Shown: positions 32,901-46,329 of the stretch, one piece after another
Numbering within the stretch: position 1 is the first letter of the stretch
How the letters are laid out: each line of letters opens with the position of its first letter
Origin: Neodothiora populina
Taxonomy: Eukaryota
Reading direction: 5' to 3'
Assembly (NCBI RefSeq): GCF_041146345.1
Contig: NW_027191413.1
Span: forward strand, 1,240,001-1,304,000
Length of the DNA stretch: 64,000 nucleotides
Made by a program: the position numbers and the translations under genes
The notes under the pieces: model-generated
What the model saw: the letters and a program-made list of their open reading frames with translations, nothing else
What the model was told of the DNA's origin: nothing
Database searches by the model: none

Positions 32901-35900
32901 GACCTGATAGCGAGTCGACCGATGGTGGTAGCGCTATGCGATCACGTAGGTCACTTGAGCACTGAGAACACACGAGATCTGCTCAATCGCATCCTTGATG
33001 GACCACTGCGCTCGTATGAGCACGAAAGATCCGAGACAACCCACACATTACTTCTGGATATCTCACTCCGCGAGATTAGCAGTTGGACTGATCCAGATAA
33101 CACAGAACTCTATCAGGATGGTGTAGATCTATATGTCTGGTTCACACAGACCGCTCTCGGTGCAAACATGCTCTCAAGCTCCACACAGATAAGACTCTGC
33201 GAAGTGTTGTTACGGCTACTCCAAATTGATCCGGACTATGGACGCAGTGAAAATCTGCCTTCGATACGCACGACCATCTTCGGTATGCTTCAGACTTGCA
33301 AGATCGAAGTCGGACATTACCTCGCGCAGCGCATGTCACTTATTTTTGGTCTTTACACCCTATCAAAGCATGATGAAGTCTTTGACGATCTGAATTTGAG
33401 CCTTCCGACGGACATCGAATGGGTTGAAGGGATTGCCGTACGACTTCTTGCTCTAGCTCATCTTGCTTCTAGTTGGCCATCTCTATTGAGACGCTGCGTA
33501 TACGGTATATTCGAAACTGCAGGACAAATAGTGGATTCAAGCTCGCATGCAGAGTATTGTGTGTCTCACACATCCAAATCTCTCGGCTTGTCGAGTACTC
33601 AAGAGCTGTTCACGTTATTCTCGCCCCAGTTGCTCTTCACGTGGCTCGGTCTTACACGTCCGATAGAGAACATCCCATACAAAACTTTCGGCTATGCGGA
33701 CCTGAAAAAGTTGCTCGAGCAGAACATGGCTGAACTATATTCTCAACTTGTCATCCGAGAAGATGATACCGCCATCACGTGGCTAGCGAAGACACTTCGA
33801 ACGACTGAGGAGAAGATGATGCGAACAGCCTTCCCTAAGGCTGTAGCATATTCTATGTCATGGGATATAGTGTTTGACAAGGACCGTCAAAATCCCCGCG
33901 AGTCACGACTGAGGGCTTTGACCAAGACCAAGATTGAGTACCAGACTTTGATACGTGCTCACTTCTCAACTATCATCGCCCAGATATACATGTCTCTGGA
34001 CCAGGAAGAAACAGTCGAGAAAGCGATCGAAAAGCGGCCCAAGTACAAATATGCCAACGCTGCATTGACTGCAATGAAAAGTCACAGCTCATCCGCGCAG
34101 ACTCTACCAGCAGCACAAGAGCCCAGCTTCAATGCGAAATACCTACTGGACCAGATGGAGAGAGCTATCCGTCGCTTAGCATCACGCCAAGAGGTTGACA
34201 CAGTATCGAAAGAGCTTACTGCCTCGATCTTCACGATGATAATTCGGTCTTTGCTCGACGCGATGCATCCAGCTTTGGGCCTCCTGAATACTTGCCATGC
34301 GATTCGTAAGATTCGCGTTCTCATCGCTTTCGCTGGAGACGTTGCCCTACAGGGCTACCCGTTAGAGCTACTGGTACGCACACTTCGTCCACTAGCTGTA
34401 GAGCCACATTGTGCAGATGATGTGATAGGTATTCTACATTACTTGTATGATCATGGGCTGCCTTACTTGAAGACAAAGATGTCGACCTTGACGAATATGG
34501 CCCTTCTGCAGGTACTAGCTATGAAAAACTTCATGGTTTCTAGGCAGGACAAAACCACCCAGGAGAGCCAATTCATCAATACAATTTCAAAGACACAACT
34601 GTTTCATGATTGGCTCATAGGGCGCCTCCTCCAGTGTCAGGATGCCTATGATGGAAAAGATGAGGGCCTCAAGAAAAAGGCATTTATCACCGTGATCGGA
34701 TCTTGCCGTGATTTGACGATACCAATACGACCCGAAAAGCGGAACAGTGCTAGCACTCTCCTTCTGGCTCTGATGGATGATGAGCAAAGCAGAGCACCAA
34801 TTTTTGCTAAACCTGAGCGGAAACAAATAATCACGGTACTGTGTCGTCAACTGCAGAGACCGGCTTCGCAAATAGAGGATATACTGGGCGACGACTCACA
34901 AGCTGCCAAATACTCGGACCGCATCTGGTCAGTAACACGATCAATGTCCAAGGCTGATGAGTGTGCCACATGGGCAGCAAAAGTGCTCGGGCGAGCATTC
35001 GCCACCTCGGTCAATTCAGGCATTATTAGGCCTTGCGGATGTCTTCAGCCCGACTTTACTGAAGTGAACACGAGCGAGATGACTTCATCGTATGCGGTAG
35101 CCACGTTGTTGCAAAGTTCTCTACTTGACGAGGACAGAGCTATTGTTGCTGTGTCTGAACGGGCCTTGAGACAAATTATCTACCGCTTTGCCCGAGCGGC
35201 CAACCATGAAGCAGCCGTCGAATTCGAATCTCTCCTGATGCCTCAGGTGTATGAGGCTATGTCAGCAGCAGGCGGGGTCGATCAGAACGGTCCTAACCTT
35301 GGTCGTAGCAGTTTTGTTACCAGAGCACGCAAGGATGAATTACAGAAAGCAACACAATTCTCAGAAGCGACCGACTTTCAAACCTGGGTCCGTAACATTG
35401 GACTGGAGATTTGCAGATGGATCACCAACGACCCCATAGTGAGTTCACTTGGTGAACTATTCGACGTAGTTGGAGCCTCTGGTAGGCTCTTGTTCCCATA
35501 CCTCATACACCTCGCCCTTCAAGCCGAGAAAGACAGAGAACGTGTTGTACATCCAATGCTTTCTGCATCATTCACAAGTCATTTTGAGATAGCTGGACTA
35601 GCCAAGGACAAAACTCGACTGATGCTCGAAACGCTTCTCTATCTCCTGACTCAACCGTACCCCCTGGAGCGTACTAGATTGGACAGACTTCAGTGGCTAG
35701 ACGTCGACTACCTGTCAGCTGCTAAGGCGGCGGCCGAATGCGATTATCCGACAGCGTCATTGTATTTCATCGAGCTTGCAACAACGCCGACCTCTGACTC
35801 GAGCACAGAAGGAAGGACAGGACGAAGGCCGTCTGACATCACGTCGATGAACATGCCCTCGAATGAGCTCTTGCTAGAAGTTTACAAGAAGCTTGATGAT

Positions 35901-38900
35901 CCTGACTCTTTTTATGGAGTACAACAAACACCATCGCTTCGGTCTGTCATGAACCGTGTGGACCACGAAAGAGATGGTCTGAAGGGTATGATGCTTCACT
36001 CGGCACGTATGGATGCAGCCTTTCTCAACACAGGCCTCGCAAGTGACTTCGATTCCCGAGGCATAATGAGGTCTATGGGGGCCATGAATCTCAACAGTCT
36101 TACCCATGGTCTACTAAATCAGAGCCCTGGGAAGGAACACGATGTCGCGACCATGGAAACAATGCTCGACTCGGCACGTAAGTTACAACAGTGGGACGTG
36201 GTGGCCCCTCAAAATACGTCTTCCGATTCAGTCCTTTTGTACAACATCTGTAAAGGTATGGCTACCACGTCCACAGCAAATGCGCTCAAGGTGGATGTAG
36301 GTGGTGCAATGAGATCTGCGCATGAAAGACTACAGGATCCCCGCTTGAATGCGTCCTCGATTCGTCGAGCTCTTTCATCGTTAGCTATCCTCACAGAGTT
36401 GGATGAAGTTATTTCTGCTAATGATGAAGAGGACCTGGAGAGAATCTGGGACTCGATGCAGTCGAGACAGCTATCGTGGGATATTGGACGGTAAGGTCTC
36501 AAGATTTGGCCAAGAAAAATATGAAGCTAATCGGATCTTAGCTACCAAGATGCACAGCACATAGTATCGTACCGCGAGACGATATTTGGTATACTTAGTC
36601 GAAATTCAAATCTACGTGACTCGTTGCTCGTTAGCAACAGAGCAAGTCGAACAGCAGAAGTCAAAGCTGTCGTCAAGCAATCGGAGTTTGCGAGGAAGAA
36701 CGACATGATCCAACAGTCACTAGCTGCAGCGACCTACCTCTCTGAGCTGGTACCGATCTGTGATGATGCAGGTCTGAAAATTGACGCTATCGCACAATTT
36801 GAGTCTGCCAGTATCCTTTGGAGACAAAGAGAGATTTCAAGTTCGGTGCAGATTCTTCAACAGCTCCGGACCAGACAGGACTTGGAAGAACAGACTATCA
36901 AGGTAGGCAGTGCTGGTCTGCTCGCCCAATTGGTAAGTTGAGAATGAATTGCACTTCATTGGCTTTCTCTACTAATTCACACCAGGGCCATGAAATCGCC
37001 ATTGCTCGATTGGAGAAGCCCGAAGAGATCATTGCACAATATCTGAAGCCAGCTATTACACAACTGGGCACGACTTCTCAAGGATCAGAAGCTGGAAGAG
37101 TGTTCCATGAGTTTGCCGCTTTCTGCGACCAACAGCTCCAGAACCAGGGTCATCTTGAGGATTTTCAGCGGTTGGAACGTCTCCGAAATCGTAGAAAAGC
37201 CGAGTTGCAGCAATTCGATCAGTTGATAAGTGCAGCACAGTCATCTCAACGAAACGAGAAAAAAAGTCTGGGAGCTGCAAAAGCCAAAGCAAAGCAATGG
37301 TTCAATCTAGATGACCAGGAATACCAAAAAGCTCGAAAAAGCAGAGACCTGTTCATACGACAGAGCTTGGAGAATTACCTACGTGCATTGAAAGCCTGCG
37401 ACGACTTTGATTCGTCTGTTGTACGATTCTTCGCACTATGGCTTGAGCATTGCGAATCGCCGTCGGCAAATGAAGCTATCCAGGATGTTCTCCAGGAAGT
37501 TCCAAGCTGGAAGTTTGTCGGACTGACGAACCAGCTGTCCTCTCGATTACTGGATGACGGCTCAAATTTCCAAAAGTCCTTGTCTCAATTGGTGTCAAGG
37601 ATGAGTGTCGAGCACCCTTATCATATGGTTCACAATATCTACGCTGGAGCATCGAGTGCTGTTAGCCACGGAGACACGACTGGATCGAAGCGCAGAGATG
37701 CTGCAGTGCGCATCAAGGACTACCTGAGATCACATAAAGCAGTCGGTGACCTCATTACGCGCATATGGCAGTCTTGTCATTATTATGTTAAGCTTGCGCA
37801 AGTGAAGGTTCCAGCACCACCTCGTGGTCAAAAGCTATCAATCCAGAGTAACAAGACTGTAGACAGCATTACAACCGCGGTCCGTAAGTTGGCAGTTCCA
37901 CCGGCTACTTTACATGTGGATTTGCGCCCCGATGCCGAATATCGGAATGTACCCATCCTCACGCGTTTCCGTTCCGAGATGAGGATTGCAGGCGGATTGA
38001 GTGCACCCAAGGTGCTCACTGCAATGGGAGCAGACGGTAGAGAGTACAAGCAATTGGTAAGGTTACGTGCATTGGTCAGACTGCGATATACTAACAAATA
38101 ATAGTTCAAAGGCGGTAACGACGACCTCAGACAGGATGCTATCATGGAACAAGTTTTTGCTGAAGTCAGCAAAATGCTGCAACACCACAAGGCTACAAGA
38201 CAACGAAACATTAGGATCCGGACTTACAAAGTCCTGCCACTCACTTCCAACACAGGCATTATCGAATTTGTACCCAACTCACTCCCTCTGGCCGAGTTCC
38301 TGAACCCAGCTCACGTCAAATACCATCCTACGGATATGAGGACCGAACTGGCTCGCCAGAAGATATCAGAGGCAGCGCAACACTCGAAAGATATGCGCTA
38401 CAAGGTTTACAAAGAAGTCACTGCTCGTTATCACCCAATTTTGCGCCACTTCCTTTTTGAACGGTTTGATGATCCAGATGAATGGTTTGAGAAACGGCTT
38501 GCCTACACTCGTAGCACAGCAGCAATTTCCATACTCGGCTACGTTCTTGGTCTAGGAGATCGCCATACACAAAACATTCTACTTGACGAAAAGAGTGGAG
38601 AAGTTGTGCACATTGATTTGGGAGTTGCGTTCGAAGCTGGTCGTATCTTGCCCATTCCAGAAGTTGTGCCTTTCCGATTGACCAGAGATATCGTGGATGG
38701 TATGGGAGTCACCAAGACTGAAGGCGTGTTCCGACGATCATGCGAATTTACTTTGGATGCTCTTCGCAAAGAGACAGATAACATAATGACATTGCTGAAC
38801 GTATTGCGCTACGATCCGTTGTACAATTGGACGTTGTCGCCTCTTCGCGCCAAGCGTATACAGGAGGCACAGGAAGAAACGGAGGGCGTGGAACTGCCAG

Positions 38901-39129
38901 GTTCAAGAAAGGGGGACAACGACGCTGGAGAGGCAGATCGTGCTCTGTCTGTGGTCGAGAAGAAGTTGTCAAAGTCGCTCAGTGTTGCTGCAACGGTGAA
39001 TGAGTTGATACAGCAAGCCACTGATGAGAGGAACCTTGCTGTTCTATTTGCTGGTAAGTTTTGTTCCTTCGGTTATGAGTTCGCTATGTCGCTGACAATG
39101 ACCGATCAGGGTGGGCTGCATATGCCTAG
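29905..39129 (+). CDS. TEL1: Serine/threonine kinase Tel1/ATM (PIKK family), multi-exon
   Basis: Exon 1 (29905-29956) splices to 30013 to give the TAN region ([18 protein letters not shown]). Further exons correspond to ORFs at 30183, 31558, 32025, 36624, 36818 and 38144. It has a FAT region, kinase motifs ([35 protein letters not shown]) and a FATC ending LFA|GWAAYA* after the last intron (TAG 39127-39129). Confidence 0.97.
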
Positions 39130-39622
39130 ACACTGTGTGAGTGAGGATCTGCAAAGGATTCGCGCTTCGCTTTTCTGTTCGTTTTCTGCTATGGAATACT
39201 CAAGATGTCTTTCATCGTACAGATGAAAGTCCTTGGAAGGTTCATATAGATTATGTTTCTGTCCATGAATATGTTCTGCACAGAGATCAAAAGTATACAT
39301 GTATAATGTGTTGTTTTGTAAAAGGACAAAACATGTTGATAGCATTCCCCCAAGTGTATATACCACAATAAGATATTACATACATTACCTCTCTCTATTC
39401 TTCGTCAATGTGCCCATGAACATATCTCGTGATGGCTTCCATGCCCTCGCCCAAAAATGGAAAATAATCGACACCACCACGTTTCCCACGTCCATCACTT
39501 CCTACAGCACCTCCGTACAGTACAGTACGTACGATGCTGCCGCGCCAAGCAGAATCCCTTCTTCGACCATCCACTCATCAGGCAATGATTTGTGCGAGTT
39601 TTCTATCCCCAGACCCGACTAA

Positions 39623-39681
39623 CCAATCCCACGCACCAATCCCACGCACCAATCCCACGCACCAATCCCACGCACCAATCC
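39623..39681. repeat. 13-bp minisatellite (CCAATCCCACGCA) x4.5 containing five CCAAT boxes
   Basis: Perfect units start at 39623, 39636, 39649 and 39662, with a partial unit at 39675. Confidence 0.92.
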
Positions 39682-40579
39682 GACGAACCGACGAACAGGA
39701 ATCATACTGTACAGTAGATGGAACGATACCCCGCGCCGAAGGGCGACTGTTGCATTGTGAGTCCTCTTCCCCCGCACGTCACGTCGACGATAGTGCTTAT
39801 AGGTTCGCGAGGTCGGTTCCTAGTCTTTGTCCCTGTTGCTTGTGGTTCCGAAACCACCCCACCCTTCTGTTCCTTCTCTGGGCATTTTCTGTGTGCTGCG
39901 GAAAGGTGCTGTAAGGTATGCTCGGTATGGTAGTGTGAGGTACTGTACCTTCGTACAGTGAGTAGAGTACTCGTGATCGTCGCCCACCTACAGTACCTAC
40001 CCCGAGGACCTTGGCTTAGCGAGTCGTGACCATCGGGCCAAGTCATTTCGTGTCTCTCCCTGTTCGTTAGGTGGAGTCGAGGACATCTTACATGCATGTG
40101 TGCTTGGAGAGTAAGATAGTGAGGAGGTGGGGTGGTTTGTATAGATGTAGCTCAGGTAGCTAGAGAGAGGTAGCTGTGGGCAAGGCGAGGTAGCTAGGTA
40201 GGTAGGGGCCTGATATCATCGTCCGTTTTGTTGCTCTTTTTGCTCTTCTCTTTTCTTACCTTTGCCTGTCTGTCAATACTCCGAGCTTGTGGTCTCGAGA
40301 ATTGTAGACTCGAATAGTAATACAAACGGACCTTTTATTACAAGAGCTAAAGACTGGATGTTTTGACCATTCGTGTCCTCTGTCTATATTCAGCACAGTA
40401 TACCTCATCCACAAGCAACCTGCTACCATCTCGCCTGATCGAACAGCTACATACCTCACTACATCCTCTGCAGCCCCTCCAGCATCTACTCGAACAGAGA
40501 CCTCCAGCTTTCTCAAGCCAAGACACAAACCAAGGAACCAACAAGAGAACCAAAGCAGACACCAAAAAACACCGTCGAC

Positions 40580-40996
40580 ATGGTCAAGCCCCTAGAAGAA
40601 ATAACCTACATGCCGCCCCCGAGCATCGGGCACGAAATGGGTATAATGTGGGGTTTCATAGGCACTGCTCCCTCCTCCCTACTCCCCTCTCCCCATCACC
40701 TCCCTACTCCCCTTCCTCGTACCAACCAAGTAGACCAAGTGCTAACGAACAAAAAAAAAGCAACGATGCTCCTAACAACCCTGCTCTACGGCCTGGCGTG
40801 GCAAATCGGCAACAAGCGGTCCGCACGCATCGAAGCGGAGCGCGTGGCGGCTCTGAAGGCGAGCGGGTGGCTGGATGAGAAACACATTTACAGTGGCGAG
40901 AGCGCCGAGGAGAGGGAGATTGAGGAGATGGGCGAGAAGGTTGAGAGGGTTGGGTCTGGCGCGGCTAGGGATCAGGTGAGGGAGATTGAGCTTTGA
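40580..40996 (+). CDS. Small single-pass membrane protein of unknown function (probable intron 40662-40760)
   Basis: Removing 40662-40760 (GCACTG...GCTAAC...AAG) gives MVKPLEEITYMPPPSIGHEMGIMWGFIATMLLTTLLYGLAWQIGNKRSARIEAERVAALK..., with one continuous hydrophobic helix followed by a charged tail. Confidence 0.7.
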   Translation: MVKPLEEITYMPPPSIGHEMGIMWGFIGTAPSSLLPSPHHLPTPLPRTNQVDQVLTNKKKATMLLTTLLYGLAWQIGNKRSARIEAERVAALKASGWLDEKHIYSGESAEEREIEEMGEKVERVGSGAARDQVREIEL

Positions 40997-41463
40997 TTTG
41001 TCCCTTTCAGGATTCTTTTTTCAGTGGAGTGGTGAGGGTTGGGGTGGGGTTGGTTGGGAGGTAATGGTGAGACGGAGTCGGGTTGATCATGTAGAAATGT
41101 GCAGTGTGTAATGAGGAGTCGTTGTTTCGTCATTTGAATGTGGTTTTCTTGGTTATAACCGGCCCGGACATGTGAGAGCTCATAACGTCGTCGCCAGATC
41201 CTGTGATATCAATTGCAACTTGGTCGTTCTCATCGTGTAGACACAAGAGGAGCAGCAATGATTTGTATCGATATACTGTAAAACTACGCTTTCACAGCAC
41301 AGCTATAAACTCTCGAGAACAAGAAGCCTTTTAGTAGTCGTTTCTTGAAAGTCTAGGTTATGATATCGTTGAAGTTTTGTTGGGTAAAGACAAAAAAAAG
41401 AGAAGACGAGAGCATCAGCACTTCTGCTTCTTGCCGCTCCGCTCTTCTTGATCACTAATTCAA

Positions 41464-43326
41464 TCAGTCCTTCTTACCAGTCAACCCCTTCCTCTCCTCT
41501 TCGTCCCCACTCTCATCACTCCATCGATCATCCGCCTCGTCTCCGACCGCGAAGATAGTCTCGCCGTCCAGACTCTCCCTGGGCAATGACATTGGCTTCT
41601 TCGGCGTCGGCGCAGGCAAAGGCGACGCATCGCGGGCATACTGAGATGACTCGTTGCTGCTGCTGTCATTGTTGTTGTTACGACTGTTCATGCCGCGGGG
41701 AGCGTCGTACGCCGGCGGGTTGCCGGAGGGCACGCCTTCCAGATCTTCGGCGTCGAAGTCGAGACTGCTGCGCACGGAGTTGAGATCGAATCCTTCGTCG
41801 TCTTGGGCGATCTTTTGTCTCTTGTCAATACTTGGTCTGTTTTCGACAATAAAAACAACTCACCTCGTCACTCATGGCGAAACGTCTGTTGTTTGCCGTC
41901 GGCCTCCACAACCATGACACAAAGGCCACGTCGGCAAAATACACCAAGTTCAACCAGCCGTCAAGAATAAACCATCTCGTCGACCAGTGTCGCGGTACGA
42001 AATCCTCGTCGCTGACACCCGCAAATGTCCAGCTGTTGACGAAAAAGAAGATGAAAATGACAACAATGGACGTCAGGATGCACCACCACAGCTTGCGGTA
42101 CATGCCTGCCTTGATGGTCTGTTTTCTTTGCATCAAGTCCTTCATTGTCAGGTTCAGCGAGTTCAGAGTCCAGATATAAAATGCGGTCAGGGTGGCGGCC
42201 AGAGGCAACACTACAAGCAAGACCAAGGGACCCGCCGACTCGGGGGTGACGGACAAACTGGCAACGGCATAGATGACGCCAAAGACAAAGTGAGTGGCCG
42301 CCAGCCATCGCACCCAGATCATGGTCCTGCCCAGGCTAGGCTTGACGACACCGTAGCCCATGCACACGATCAGCAGCAAGAAAAAGCTGAAGCTGTTCCT
42401 GCCTGCGCTGAGCACGCTGACCACAATCATCAAGGCCTTGGCTCCACCATTCAGACCATGTCTGTTCTGGAAGTCGTAGAACAGCCAGGTCATGAAAATC
42501 TCGACAACCAAGAAGGCCAGAATCGCAGTGATGTAGTTTTGCACGGGCAGGATATCGTGTCTGTTCTGGAAATACAAGAATGCCCATCCGAAACTGCACA
42601 GGGCGTAGACCAGAGTAAGGGCGCCATAGAATGGAAGTTTGGCAATCTGAGCGGCTGGAAGCTCGCCATATGCGTTTCTGAATTCGATGACTCCGGTGTA
42701 CGACTCGGCAGTGTATCCGAAGGTTCCCACGCAGTAGTAGCCTGTGCGCTGTACAGGGTAGTTGATGGCGGGCGGGTCGCGCAGGTTGACGGCCTGAGTT
42801 ATGATCTGACTCCTGGAAGCGTCGCTGTCGTCGGCAAGGATAAATTCACCTTCTGCGGTGTTGTTACAGAGTCCGGCATCCGAGGCCGGTATGTCACAGA
42901 TATAGGCGCGCTAGAGGGAGAAGAAGAAAGAGTCAGCATGTCAGATGTGTCTAAGGTGGCAACATGCGACTGCTCACCTCGTAGGTATCTTCTCCTATGG
43001 GCTTGCCGATAAAGTCATGATCCCGCCATTCGAATATGACCAGACTGATGATGGGCTCTTCGCCGTCGGGCATGTTGTCTGGCTTTTGAAACTTGAGTAG
43101 AATAAAAGGATCCACGCTGCCTCCCCAGCTCTTGCGACTGTACATGCCGGAGCATTGCTGCCGATGTGTCTCTTTTTGATCCTGGTAGAACAGAGGCAAT
43201 TAGACTATGACCAACAGACCACGGACCAAGACGAATATTGTCCCTTACAATCTTGACCTCATTTGCTGCGACAAAGGTCAAAAGGCAAGCCAGCAGCACA
43301 GCGCATAGCTGCGACCATGTCCGCAT
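41464..43326 (-). CDS. PTM1: Ptm1 / lung seven-transmembrane (GOST) family membrane protein
   Basis: Four exons. Signal peptide MRTWSQLCAVLLACLLTFVAA, then CSGMYSRKSWGGSVDPFI, FRNAYGELPAAQIAKLPFY, HDILPVQNYIT, LLLIVCMGYGVVKPSLG and WRPTANNRRFAMSDE, with an acidic tail. Confidence 0.93.
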
Positions 43327-44436
43327 GCTGCTTGTGATCTGTATACAGTACAAGATATCTTCCAAGCACCTTTCTTTACAGTCGCAATCGCCCTGGATAC
43401 GACCACTTTTGTTCTTAGTGTGATGAGATACTGGGTATTGTGCTATTGCGACACAGATCTCATTGGTACAAGAGAGTTGTTGTATAGGCGTCCACAGGAT
43501 AATCAAAGCGGGTAACAACCACCGTCAGACACGTACTGTACTAGCAGTTACAGTAGTACTAGTGGCACATACAGCACAAGGGCAACGTCAGCTACGGTAA
43601 GGGTTAGTTGGTACCGACCGCTCTATGCTCGCTCGATGCTCGCTCTAATTACTGTGATAGCCACTGCCGACCCCTCCCGCTGCTATCAAACAAGACAAAC
43701 AGTCAGCCCCTCCTGGATGTGCCGTGTATAATCAACCTCACTCTCGGACAGGACAACGCAAAAGGGGACAGATAGCTACTAGCCACAGACAAACCGGATC
43801 TGCTTGACAGCTCTTCACAGCCACAGTCTTGCAGATCTCCTGTGGCGACACTTGTATGTGGCTTGATAACAACAAACCATGTGGTGTCCCAGAGGCCCAT
43901 GACGTTCCAGACGTGGCGGTGCACGTACTTGTATAGTACTGGAGCATATCGCCCTGTAAGTCGTCAAGCATCATCATACATGTCTGGTCGGGTTGGGTTG
44001 GGTTGGGTGAGTTTTGGATTCATAAATAGGTTCTGTAGTCTTGCTTTTTGTTTCGGTGGTTTTTTTTTTCCATTTCGACATTGTCTTTTAATCCGAGTTC
44101 AACTGCACTCTTGTCGCATTCCACACAGCCCCCCTGCCGTCGCAATAAAAGAAACAACAAGCGCCAGCGTATTCTGTCTAGCACCTTGGCCTGCCACGAT
44201 ACGCGCCTCTCGACCAATTGCGACACTGTCTCTTGTGTCTTCTGGCACTCTTGCGACACTGTTGTTTGGAGAGGAATAGATCTCGGATTTAGTCCGTGTT
44301 ACTAGTCTTACCGTTAAGACTACCCGCCGAGATATATAATATTTATACTCACTGCGACTGAGCACCACCTCCCTCGTCGCAAACACAACAACCCCTCAGA
44401 AACAACTCAACCAACACCTTTTCTTCTTCACACAAC

Positions 44437-45360
44437 ATGGCTGCCGCAGTAGGAAAATACGCCGCCGGCAAATTCATGTCAAAGCGAGCCAAAGACGAAC
44501 AAGCCAACAGATTAGAAGACGACAGAGTGAGTCGCAACTGACGCAACCCCTTGCTTCCTCAAGCGACACACAACTGACGTGCAATTGACAGGATCCCTAC
44601 TGGTACCTGGAGACCGATAAGCACGGCCGCACCAAGAAGAAGCCAAAGAAGAGCGCAAAGCATTATCCTGCCTACATCCCGCTTGAGGACCGAGAGCGTC
44701 TGAACAGCTTCCGCAAGTATGCCAAAATGATGGACACTGCGCTGTTCGGCCAAGTGGGTATGAGTTTCTTCATCGGTCTGGTTCCAGTGTAAGTCTCCTT
44801 GTTTCGAATATACACCGCAAACTACACACTGACGTCTCTCCAGCGCAGGAGACTTCGCCGACGGAGGCATCGCCTGGCTGCTCGTGCAGAAATACGCAAA
44901 CACCATCTCCTGTGGGCTGCCAAAGACCGTCTACGCGCGCATGATGTCCAACATCACCGTCGACATCGCGCTCGGCATGGTGCCCGTGCTGGGCGACATT
45001 GCAGACGCCGTGTTCAAGGCCAACGTCAAGAATCTGGTTATCCTCGAAGACTACTTGAAAAAGTTCTTTGCGCCAAAGGCGGCGGGCGCACAAGCAGGAG
45101 TAGCTACTGCCGCTGCAGGTCAAGTGCCGATGGCGCAGATCGGCAGAGACGAGCGCATGCTCCGTCAACAGCCTGGCGTTCAGCCTGAGCGTCAACAACC
45201 AGAGGGAAGAGGCGGTTTCTTCGGTATGGGAAGAGACAGAGCGAGAGATGTCGAGATGGGAGGTCAGCGCGCTGCTGCGCCTGTTGCCTCGGATTCTCGT
45301 CCCCATCGCAATGACGAGTTCCAGGAGACTGGCACTGTCTACGGCGGCGGCCGTCGATGA
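44437..45360 (+). CDS. DUF4112 family membrane protein
   Basis: Exons 44437-44526, 44592-44788 and 44844-45360 are phase-consistent. The duplicated motif IGLVPVAGDFAD / LGMVPVLGDIADAVFKANVKNLVILEDYL is characteristic of DUF4112. Confidence 0.85.
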
Positions 45361-46329
45361 GCGATTTCGTGGGATCTATTTTTGCCAGAGAACACCAGTT
45401 CCTGGCCGATGCTACACAACCACCCTGTCGGAACGCCAGAAACCAAAGAGAACCAAAAACATTCAGCATTGCAGCACACCACCAGAACCGCCAGAACCGC
45501 GCGATACACAACTCCTCTATTGGCGAATCACCCCAAGACCATATCGCGTGATGGAGCGATTACACAAGCGCACTGCCAAACAACCAAGCGAGCGAGCGAG
45601 CCTTGAACACCTCTCATACCTATACCCAGTCTTCTTCCTCCTTTTCCCTTCACAATCACTATAATCACCAGTCTCCTCGAGCTCCTCAACACTCAAACCT
45701 TGTTTCTTTTTCTCCTCTTGTTATTCCAGACTCAAAAACGATCGATACCCCCCTGTCTGTTTCTTTTTTTTCTTATTTCTTGTTGTCATTCTTGCACGGA
45801 GGTTTGGTGGTAGAGACACGCGCGAGAAGATCAGCAAGCTAGCTAGCTAGTACAGTAGTACAGTACAGTACAGCACAGTAGAATGCAATGCGATGCACTA
45901 GAGTGCAAATTACAACACAATCAAGACTGGGTCGAATTATACACTTTTTGTTATGAAAATTGGAGATTGAACGGTTCGGTTGTAAATGCAGCAGCGTGAT
46001 GCCGTCGTCTTGTTTTATTTTTGGCGGGCAAAAACAAGCCCAATATCGCAGAAGAGTATCGGTATATATCCTGTTTTTTCTTGGGCCACGTGCTTCATGG
46101 CTCTGCCCAAAAGCGTCATGCACCGCCGCCACAGAATCATACATGGCATTTTTCTGCACACATTCTGTGCCGCAGCAGCCGAGTCGCTGTCACGCCTGGT
46201 TCATAACAATGCGTGTTTCTCTGCGACCGAGACATGAAAAAACATGTCGTGGGGCCACTAGGGCTGTGCAATAGTGAGATCGGACATCCAACAAATCGAC
46301 TTTGTCATAGACGATAATCGAGCACCCGT

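Noticed and set aside
39623..39681. Tandem repeat considered as CRISPR-like or telomeric
   Set aside because: There are no spacers or cas genes, the context is eukaryotic, and the unit is not TTAGGG-like.
45837..45850. (CTAG)n palindromic runs near 3' ends (also about 12606 and 55684)
   Set aside because: These are short tetranucleotide microsatellites, too few and too short to argue for a function.
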